64,000 bases of DNA from a virus, in IMG/VR virus record IMGVR_UViG_3300025133_000044, positions 39,524 to 103,523 of that record; one strand, given 5' to 3'. The position numbers were made by a program, and so were the translations under genes. The notes beneath the pieces were generated by a model. The model made no database searches. It saw only the letters and a program-made list of their open reading frames with translations, and had not been told where the DNA came from. Shown here piece by piece: positions 16,038 through 23,254 of this stretch. The stretch's first letter is position 1; every line of letters starts with the position of its first letter.

Positions 16038-18890
16038 TTAAGTTGAACAAACTCCAGTGACATGATACCTGATATCGTTTAATTGAGCATAGATACATGT
16101 AATGTCAACGTAGTCACCGTTAACGGCGCCGGCAATAATAGTTAAAGTTTGATCATCGGTGTGTACAATGTTAGCGGGTGCGCCTTCATCTGCAACTGAA
16201 ACAATCCTAGAAATAAAAGTATCATTAGTGCCCGCGCCGGAAGCTGTCTCAATTGTGACTGCCTCATCGGTGACACCGACGTCGCGGCTGGTGCCTGTCG
16301 CGGTTTCATCGTTAACTATTACTCTTATATGCCAACCTTGAAGCGCTTTAAGTGTCGCCGCGTTGGTGGTGGTTGGCAGCGTAATTGCAAATGCTGCACC
16401 GGTGGTGCTAACAAGAATAGTTGCTCCATAATAGCCCTGCCAAGTACTAGTCAAATCGAGAGCAGAAGCAGCTCGGTGCACTGGTTTCTTGTAACCAAAG
16501 CCCCCCTCGCTGTTCCAGTCGTAACTGTATGCCGTAACGATACCGGCGCCTGGACCTCCACCATATGACAGGAAAGCTAAATCCATATCATCAACATTGG
16601 CGCCGAGACCGAGGAGGTCGGGCACTCCATGAGTAGCGGTACCTTGGACGGCCAGGCCGGATGAAAGGGTGAGAGCGCCGCTGTCGGTGATCCTCATGTG
16701 CTCAGTCGAAGTCGTATCATCGTCGTCATCAATGACGGATGTACCGAACACAAGGTCGCCACCTTTATCGCCGTCGCCATGATCTTCTGCAGCGTACGCA
16801 GCAATAAATACGGAAGCTTCTGTAATCGTGCTAGGCACATTGCCGTCTGTTGAATCAAAACCGATGCCGCCGAGCAAATTAGTGTCTGCAGTTGAACTAT
16901 CCGCACGAACGATCATTAAGCCATCGTCGCCGTCGACGCCAGTATGATCAATCTGCAGTTTGTTTGAAGGCGATGTCGTTCCGATGCCGACGTTATCGCC
17001 CAAAATAGCCATCTTGGTGTTTCCGCCAGTTTTAAATAAAAATCTGTCGGAGCCGTGATCGTAGTCGATTTGTCCCTCATCGTTGTCAGTGGGCGACCCA
17101 AAAATAATAGAACCACCATAAGCACCGGGAGATTGAAAATGTATCTTTGGCTTTTCATTGGACTCTAGAGTTAAAATAGCGCCGTCCGTGGTGGCGATAG
17201 CTCCAGCAGAGCCGTTTTGAAGGTGTAGTGATGTTTCTGGGCTAGCCGTTCCGATACCGACGTTGCCACCGATGCCGACGTTGCCAACGGGAGTTAATAG
17301 AATATCAGCGCCTGATTCGATTGTGAGATCGGTGCCATCGCCAGAGATTTTTTCACCACTGTCGCCGAACTCAAGCGATTTTCCGCTAGCTATGAGGAAG
17401 GTCTCGCGGCCTCCATCAATTCTACAAATTTCGTTGCCATCAGAATCCATAAATTTGATATCTTTTTCTGCGGCGCCGTTGTAAATTTCGCAATCACCAC
17501 TGTTGTTGGTGAATTTTATGAATTGTGTTCCAGCGTCTTTCAGGATAACATCGTTTGCAGCCGCATCAAGAATAATGTCACCAGATGCATCAAGTAAAAT
17601 ATCACCGGTGCCATCAAGCGTAATCCCTGCCACAGCAGCGAGGGCTGCGGCGCCGTTGACGTCAACTGTAAGAGTGGCAAACTTTGATCCATCATATGAC
17701 CATTTTTGTTGTGTGCTGGTTGATAGCACTTCAAGCTGAGTATCTGGATCTCCCACGCCTAGGCCGACGTTGCCCTCGACAATTAACCCGTTTGTGGGAG
17801 CGGCAGTTGATCCAGCTTGACCGGCGCCGATGGTGACGCCTCCTGCAACATCAAGCTTTGATGCCACGGTGGCTGTTCCGATGCCGACGTTGCCGGACTC
17901 ATCAATACGCAATCGCTCCAAATCCGAGGTGCGAAGCGTCAAGTCCCCGGCTGTATCAGATGAGCCTCTGAAACAGCGTATACCTGTGATGGGTGAGGCG
18001 CCCTCATTGTAAAACTGTATGAGGGCAGCAATATCGCCATCGGAGGTTCTGTTGTTATCAAACCTTAGTACTGTTACTTCATCAACTTCTGTGGACTCTA
18101 TCTTTACGGTTGGGTTTGATCCGGCGCTTTTTACGTGAAGAATGGTGTCGGGGGCCGCAGTGCCAATGCCAACACTGTCACCCAAAATTGTCATTTTGGT
18201 GTTCCCGCCTGTTTTAAACAGAAATCTATCTGAACCATGGTCGTAATCAATCTGCCCTTCGTCGTTATCAGTAGGAGATCCAAATATAATAGAGCCGCCA
18301 TAACCACCAGGAGACTGAAAATGTATTTTAGGCTTTTCATTAGACTCCAAGGTTAAAAGTGCGCCATCGGTTGTTGCGATAGTGCCAGCAGAGCCGTTTT
18401 GGATATGAAGTGATGTTTCTGGGCTGGCCGTGCCAACGCCGACCCTATTGTTGCTAGCATCTAAATATAAAGTGTTTGAATCAAAGTTTAGATTATTTGG
18501 GATTGTGACAGCTGATGCGCTAATAATAAGATTGTCGCCACTTGCGTCACCAATAGTTGTAGTGTCAGCTGAAATCTTGAAATCTTGTACGTGAGCATCA
18601 AGAGTTCCAGTAACATATAAGTTACCAGTAATACGAGCGTCACCCGTAACATCAAGTTCGTAAGCTGGATTTAATGTTTTGATACCAACATTATCCATAA
18701 AAGAAACAGCGTTGCCAGAACCAGACTGGAGAAATGATCCTGAAACAATGATGTGGGAACCGCTCAAGGTTAGATATGAACCGCTCAAAGTTGCCTTTGC
18801 CGCATCAGTTTCACGTGAACCACTCAAGGCTAGATAAGAACCTGATAGCGGTCCGATGTTATTTACGTATAATCTGCTAGGGTTAGCCAT
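16038..18890 (-). CDS. Fibre protein with VGIGT repeats (head or tail fibre)
   Basis: Multiple GNVGIGT..P...LH/LDV repeats, an internal 95-aa duplication, and a C-terminal ITLP...GDYV.ITC domain resembling the 161-aa protein. Confidence 0.75.
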   Translation of the reverse strand: MANPSRLYVNNIGPLSGSYLALSGSRETDAAKATLSGSYLTLSGSHIIVSGSFLQSGSGNAVSFMDNVGIKTLNPAYELDVTGDARITGNLYVTGTLDAHVQDFKISADTTTIGDASGDNLIISASAVTIPNNLNFDSNTLYLDASNNRVGVGTASPETSLHIQNGSAGTIATTDGALLTLESNEKPKIHFQSPGGYGGSIIFGSPTDNDEGQIDYDHGSDRFLFKTGGNTKMTILGDSVGIGTAAPDTILHVKSAGSNPTVKIESTEVDEVTVLRFDNNRTSDGDIAALIQFYNEGASPITGIRCFRGSSDTAGDLTLRTSDLERLRIDESGNVGIGTATVASKLDVAGGVTIGAGQAGSTAAPTNGLIVEGNVGLGVGDPDTQLEVLSTSTQQKWSYDGSKFATLTVDVNGAAALAAVAGITLDGTGDILLDASGDIILDAAANDVILKDAGTQFIKFTNNSGDCEIYNGAAEKDIKFMDSDGNEICRIDGGRETFLIASGKSLEFGDSGEKISGDGTDLTIESGADILLTPVGNVGIGGNVGIGTASPETSLHLQNGSAGAIATTDGAILTLESNEKPKIHFQSPGAYGGSIIFGSPTDNDEGQIDYDHGSDRFLFKTGGNTKMAILGDNVGIGTTSPSNKLQIDHTGVDGDDGLMIVRADSSTADTNLLGGIGFDSTDGNVPSTITEASVFIAAYAAEDHGDGDKGGDLVFGTSVIDDDDDTTSTEHMRITDSGALTLSSGLAVQGTATHGVPDLLGLGANVDDMDLAFLSYGGGPGAGIVTAYSYDWNSEGGFGYKKPVHRAASALDLTSTWQGYYGATILVSTTGAAFAITLPTTTNAATLKALQGWHIRVIVNDETATGTSRDVGVTDEAVTIETASGAGTNDTFISRIVSVADEGAPANIVHTDDQTLTIIAGAVNGDYVDITCIYAQLNDIRYHVTGVCST
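16977..17261 (-). repeat. Copy 2 of 285-nt intragenic duplication
   Basis: 88/95 aa identical to 18159-18443 by hand alignment. Confidence 0.9.
18159..18443 (-). repeat. Copy 1 of 285-nt intragenic duplication
   Basis: VGVGTASPETSLH...LESNEKPKIHFQSPG.YGGSIIFGSPTDNDEGQIDYDHGSDRFLFKTGGNTKM.ILGD.VGIGT. Confidence 0.9.
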
Positions 18891-18914
18891 GTTTATTTTT
18901 CCTTTTAATCAATT

Positions 18915-19451
18915 TTAGGGGTTCCATGTTTTATCAAATGCAAGCTCGCCCGAGACCAGCACTTGTCCTTGGATCTCAGTATCAGTAAACATGGAAAGGC
19001 GTGTATCGCCAGAGACAATGGACTGTATCCCTGTTGCGATCGAAACCTGGTCGCCCGGGCCTTCATGTATTTGGCCGGCCGTGCAGGTGTTTCCTATTAC
19101 TATCGAAGCAATCGTATCTTGAAAAGATAATTTGATCCACTTACGTGGGAGGGTGTCATCAACGCAGCTACCTGAATATATAACCCAATCGTTATTCTGC
19201 CAATTTGATATTCCATCAACTGTTGTGGTTCCAGCAGTATTAACCTGCCAGTAATCTGCAACTGATGCTGTGAGATTGGTTGTAGAGTGATAACCACCAG
19301 CAGCAGTGGTTGTAGCAAAAACAGAAGGTGAAACTGAGCCCTGCACAGAACCGTCGATGTCGGCTCCTGCACCAGTATTAGCATCAGCGTTCCAAAAACC
19401 TTGGAATCTGGCTGCTCCTAGAAAGGATATGCTACCTGTTGCTGTTGGCAT
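18915..19451 (-). CDS. Virion fibre-associated protein
   Basis: FQGFWNA..N ... DYWQV.TAGTT.VDGI.NW..NDW.IY.G...W.K motif seen in phage fibre domains; AGGAG SD; late motif variant at 19475-19482. Confidence 0.6.
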   Translation of the reverse strand: MPTATGSISFLGAARFQGFWNADANTGAGADIDGSVQGSVSPSVFATTTAAGGYHSTTNLTASVADYWQVNTAGTTTVDGISNWQNNDWVIYSGSCVDDTLPRKWIKLSFQDTIASIVIGNTCTAGQIHEGPGDQVSIATGIQSIVSGDTRLSMFTDTEIQGQVLVSGELAFDKTWNP

Positions 19452-19607
19452 GTTGAAAATTCTCCTGCTACAGATAAGTAGATAGTTCCAATTAAAATCG
19501 TCTTGTTAAACTTTTTTAATCAACGCCTAATATTGCTGTCTACCCTGGTGCCCATCCGAACGGGTTCGTGGCGATGGTACTGGTGAGGAGAGTATACCAT
19601 TTTACTC

Positions 19608-20099
19608 TCATTCAGTTATGCCTGAACCAGTTAAGTGAGGCATCCTTTGAGTTGGAATATTTGTTAATTCAGCATAAACCATATACCTTAAATTACTAGT
19701 ATCTCCTGTCAAATTAGAAATATATAATTTTGTGCATTTAACGCTCATGAGGCCAGTGGTTGCAAATTGGACAAGGGGCATATAATGGAAGCCTGCAATC
19801 ACATCGGCGGTCGCGGCGATGTCCTGGTGGCCGGTGGGGCCGGGTACTGTAACTGCAGCTGCTGAACCGCTTTGAAAATGTACTAAAATCGGTTTATCCG
19901 CGGCGCTAACATTAGCTACAGTAATCGTTTTTGTAACATAAGGAAATTCAATCATGTGTACTTTGCCATCATCTAAATCCCAAGACCCGGTCACCCACGG
20001 CATGCCAGAAACCTGGTATGAACCTACGTTTCTTAATCCAACTCTGGGGGCGCCCCCAAATACTACGTGATCAGTCGCTACCTTTGGATTTTCAGCCAT
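19608..20099 (-). CDS. Hypothetical virion protein
   Basis: GLRNVGSYQVSG.PWVTGS, FPYVTK.ITV.N, AELTNIP; AGGAG SD. Confidence 0.7.
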   Translation of the reverse strand: MAENPKVATDHVVFGGAPRVGLRNVGSYQVSGMPWVTGSWDLDDGKVHMIEFPYVTKTITVANVSAADKPILVHFQSGSAAAVTVPGPTGHQDIAATADVIAGFHYMPLVQFATTGLMSVKCTKLYISNLTGDTSNLRYMVYAELTNIPTQRMPHLTGSGITE

Positions 20100-20108
20100 T
20101 TTTTTCTC

Positions 20109-20342
20109 CTACCTTATATTTAGTTTTCTATTCCTTTCCTGCTCAGCTTTTCTGGCATTCTGGAATTTTTTAATTTTTTCTTGTCTGCGTTTTTTTGATG
20201 GCTTGACATAGAATCTTCTATCTAAATAGTCTTCAATTATTCTTTCTTTTTTGACCTTTTTAATAAACTTTCTTATTAAGCGATTTATATCACCGCCTAC
20301 TTCTCTTATATCAACTGTTACGTTGGCGGGTCTTTTGCTCAT
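20109..20342 (-). CDS. rpsU: Phage-encoded 30S ribosomal protein bS21
   Basis: V.V......I.RLIRKF.KKVKK..I.......RFYVKPS.KRR matches the bS21 consensus (LRRFKR......I..E.R.R.FYEKPS..RR). Start at 20342 forms an ATGA overlap with the upstream stop. Confidence 0.9.
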   Translation of the reverse strand: MSKRPANVTVDIREVGGDINRLIRKFIKKVKKERIIEDYLDRRFYVKPSKKRRQEKIKKFQNARKAEQERNRKLNIR

Positions 20343-20719
20343 ATCATTTGTTTCCACTTTTCATCTACGATATTTAATATACCAGAGATATCAACACCAG
20401 AATCGTTAGAAGCAACACCAGCAAGTGGAGATCCAGGCTGCGAGTCCGTTATTTCCGGAACATTTTCAAAAACATCCGCTTTAACTTTTGCTGACTCATT
20501 TAAACGTCGAATTCGTTCTTGGCGATCTCGTTCGTATCGTTCTTCCAAATCTTCTTTTTCTGAGTTTTTATTCTTTTTCGTTTCCATCACGACATTTGAA
20601 TTTAAACCTTTAACAACTTCAGTAATAATACCTGATAATATTCCTTCTTCTAATATTACTTCTTTAACTGTTTGTTTAATTAAGGGTTTAAGAATTTTTT
20701 TAAAATCTGCTCTTTTCAT
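20339..20719 (-). CDS. Hypothetical head-associated protein
   Basis: MK....KKILKPLIK..VKEVILEE N-terminus; DSGVDIS; lies between protease and bS21. Confidence 0.7.
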   Translation of the reverse strand: MKRADFKKILKPLIKQTVKEVILEEGILSGIITEVVKGLNSNVVMETKKNKNSEKEDLEERYERDRQERIRRLNESAKVKADVFENVPEITDSQPGSPLAGVASNDSGVDISGILNIVDEKWKQMI

Positions 20720-20720
20720 T

Positions 20721-21338
20721 TTAATCTCTTAATATTGAATCTAATAGTTCATCAATTTTATTATTTTTTGATTCTCTCAAATATAAATTAACTTCTGGAC
20801 TGATGTCCGTAGTCGGCGTTAAATATGCACCTGGCGTTGAAGGTTCTGACACCATATCAAAACAAATAAGTTGGAAATCATCTTCAACGATTGTTTTTCC
20901 ATCTTTTTCTTTGACGGAGCCCAAGCCACGAGATGAGATACCAAGTTTGACATTGGCTTTTACAAGATCTTTGAGAATTTTGCCTGAAGGGGTATCGAGT
21001 ACTTCAAATTTTCCCATTACATTCTCGCCATCCCACCACATTTTTATAGCAAGATGAGAAGCGTTCTTAAGATTGATCACGCTATCATCCGGATGGTCGA
21101 GTTCACCTAGAGATCTCCTTTCTCGAATCGCTTTTTGATAATTTTCAACTTCACGATTAAGAGTCTCTTTGCGATACACCCGTCCATTGCCATTTTTAGT
21201 GCCGGCCTTTTGACAGACGCCCACGAGGTATACTGCCCCGTCCATAGCTCTTTTTCTTTCAGCTTCGGTTAAAACATTTACTGGGCAACGACCTTCAGGG
21301 CACAGCTCAAAGTATTCTTGTAAAAGCTGTTGTGCCAT
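20721..21338 (-). CDS. gp21: Prohead maturation protease (gp21-like)
   Basis: N.NGRVY, LGELDHP, NASH, LGISSRGLGSV, FD.VSEPSTPGA. Confidence 0.95.
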   Translation of the reverse strand: MAQQLLQEYFELCPEGRCPVNVLTEAERKRAMDGAVYLVGVCQKAGTKNGNGRVYRKETLNREVENYQKAIRERRSLGELDHPDDSVINLKNASHLAIKMWWDGENVMGKFEVLDTPSGKILKDLVKANVKLGISSRGLGSVKEKDGKTIVEDDFQLICFDMVSEPSTPGAYLTPTTDISPEVNLYLRESKNNKIDELLDSILRD

Positions 21339-21344
21339 TTTTTA

Positions 21345-21500
21345 TTATTTTCTCACTTTTGTTGTCAAGTTCGGGCCAATTTTACCTTTACCAGCGCCTG
21401 GGGGTGCTTGATTTGCAACTTTACCCGGATTTTTAACTCCCCATTTCATTGAATCTGCGTTGCCAGTAGACTGACTAGTCCCTTTTTCTTTCTCAGACAT
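21345..21500 (-). CDS. 51-aa basic Gly/Pro-rich protein; absent from the ORF track
   Basis: AAAAGGAG SD; MSEKEKGTSQSTGNADSMKWGVKNPGKVANQAPPGAGKGKIGPNLTTKVRK; stop abuts the protease start. Confidence 0.7.
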   Translation of the reverse strand: MSEKEKGTSQSTGNADSMKWGVKNPGKVANQAPPGAGKGKIGPNLTTKVRK

Positions 21501-21545
21501 TTTTTTCTCCTTTTAAAAAGTTTATACAATTTGTGAGGCTCCCCC

Positions 21546-21605
21546 TCACGCGATATCGCTACCGTTACAGCAGCGACGGACTTGTGGAATATTACGCCGT
21601 TTCAT
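21546..21605 (-). CDS. 19-aa Cys-Cys micro-peptide MKRRNIPQVRRCCNGSDIA
   Basis: ATGA overlap with the upstream stop and a strong GGAGGTGA SD. Confidence 0.55.
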   Translation of the reverse strand: MKRRNIPQVRRCCNGSDIA

Positions 21606-21916
21606 TGTTCATCACCTCCATGTGTATTTCTAAATTTTAAGCCGAAATCATTCAATAACATGCTCAAGAAATAACTTGTCCCGGCTGATAACCATCCCAA
21701 AAGTAATCCGTTTATTAAATTGTATTCAAATGTAAATAGTTCTGTAAAACAGTTGATCCCCCACAAAAAAACACCTACCCAAAATCCTAAACAAAGAGGA
21801 CAATGGAACAATTCACCTAATTTACCTTTAGCTGGTCTAATCCAATCAAAAATTGAGCCGTAAATAAGGATATACGTTAAGCCGTAAGCACACAAAACAA
21901 AATATATTAATTCCAT
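21602..21916 (-). CDS. DUF1360-like membrane protein with CxxC
   Basis: Three hydrophobic segments; IF..IR ... LFHCPLCLGFWVG resembles the DUF1360 L.CP.C...W motif. Confidence 0.65.
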   Translation of the reverse strand: MELIYFVLCAYGLTYILIYGSIFDWIRPAKGKLGELFHCPLCLGFWVGVFLWGINCFTELFTFEYNLINGLLLGWLSAGTSYFLSMLLNDFGLKFRNTHGGDEQ

Positions 21917-21923
21917 GAGTTAC

Positions 21924-22448
21924 CTATATACGATAAATTGACGATATGCCATAGGCCGGCCCATTCGGGCGCATGGAGCCTTTTCTGTCACTATGATATC
22001 TTGCAGGATCAAATTCTGTATATTCATCAACCTCTGGTTCAAGCAAATTCCTCTCCACTTCTTTTTCAAACTCTTTTTGATCTTTATAAAACGGTAAGTC
22101 CTCGTCAAAGTACTTAGATATTGCGTATAAACAGTATTGAACAGCGTCACCTTCTTTTGGGTCAGGATAAGAAGCCTCCATAGACATAAATAAATTTCCA
22201 GCTTGTACAGTATCATAATTTATGACACCATTTAAATTTAAAAACTTAAAAAGTCGAGCTTGTGTTTCATAAATTTCATCGTCTAACTCTTCTTTTGGTA
22301 AAGCAACTATTTTCTTTTGGGCCGGCAAAATCATAATATCAAGCTCTGGATGGTCAACAATTATTATGTTTCCATCAATAGTCTTCTTTGCCTTAAGCTT
22401 GATTTTTTCAATCGAAGGCTCTTCTATGATTTTAATAACTATCGGCAT
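21924..22448 (-). CDS. Hypothetical protein
   Basis: 174-aa ORF translationally coupled within the head gene cluster. Confidence 0.7.
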   Translation of the reverse strand: MPIVIKIIEEPSIEKIKLKAKKTIDGNIIIVDHPELDIMILPAQKKIVALPKEELDDEIYETQARLFKFLNLNGVINYDTVQAGNLFMSMEASYPDPKEGDAVQYCLYAISKYFDEDLPFYKDQKEFEKEVERNLLEPEVDEYTEFDPARYHSDRKGSMRPNGPAYGISSIYRI

Positions 22449-23254
22449 TATTTATTCATCTCGCTAGCTAGTGATTGTATTTGAAAAATTTCAAGTATTA
22501 AATCTTTATCTAATTTTCTCTGATTATAATTCGATATACGCTCTAAGAGTTTTTGTACCTTCTCTTTTGTTATATCATCTTGAGATATTATTTTTTCTTC
22601 TAACGTACTTGAAAGTCTGGAGATCTCTTCGTATAAGAGAGCTTTAAACTCCAAGCCATTATCCATATATGATGTAATATATTTGTTTAGAAGGTCTCTT
22701 TGTGATTCGTTTAGCTTCGTTGAATATTCTTGATTAAATTTCTCAACGAAATTTTTCATAGCTAAATTATTAATTTTAGGAAACTTATTTTTATCTTTCT
22801 GTTCTACCAAAAAAGTATCTAAAAACTTTTTTTCAAGTAAAACTTGCTTTTTAGGGCTTAAATTCTCTTGTAAAAGTTGGTTGATGGTAGCTAGTTTTTT
22901 AAAAGAAGGAACAAAATTTTTCCAAACACTTCTTGTTAGAGACTTATTCATCTTATTAATCAATTTGGTTTGTTGGTTGAAAATATCTTTTCTGTCCAGT
23001 GAACTAAATTGTTTTTTAGCTTCAATTATTAATTTTTCTAAAGTCTCCCTTGAGAATCCTTCAACTCCTGTAAAAGAATCATATATATCTTTTTCTTTAC
23101 CTAAGCTTTTTCCTTTGCCAAAGGACTCTTTAAGAAGAGAAACAATCATATTTTTTTTAGTAGTGTCTTCTCGTAAAACAGCTTTAGTTAACTCTTTGAT
23201 TAATATTTCATAAATCAAAGCAGTGTTTCTTTTTTTATTATGACTAAGTTTCAT
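22448..23254 (-). CDS. Hypothetical head-cluster protein downstream of portal
   Basis: MKLSHNKKRNTALIYE.L; start likely ATG 23254, overlapping the portal end. Confidence 0.7.
   Translation of the reverse strand: MKLSHNKKRNTALIYEILIKELTKAVLREDTTKKNMIVSLLKESFGKGKSLGKEKDIYDSFTGVEGFSRETLEKLIIEAKKQFSSLDRKDIFNQQTKLINKMNKSLTRSVWKNFVPSFKKLATINQLLQENLSPKKQVLLEKKFLDTFLVEQKDKNKFPKINNLAMKNFVEKFNQEYSTKLNESQRDLLNKYITSYMDNGLEFKALLYEEISRLSSTLEEKIISQDDITKEKVQKLLERISNYNQRKLDKDLILEIFQIQSLASEMNK

Noticed and set aside
16977-18443. Diversity-generating retroelement TR/VR pair
   Set aside because: Differences are synonymous and not adenine-specific, both copies are coding, and no reverse transcriptase lies in the window.
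21520-21548. Selenocysteine read-through of the micro-peptide UGA
   Set aside because: The hairpin overlaps the UGA instead of following it like a bacterial SECIS, and read-through adds only a few residues.
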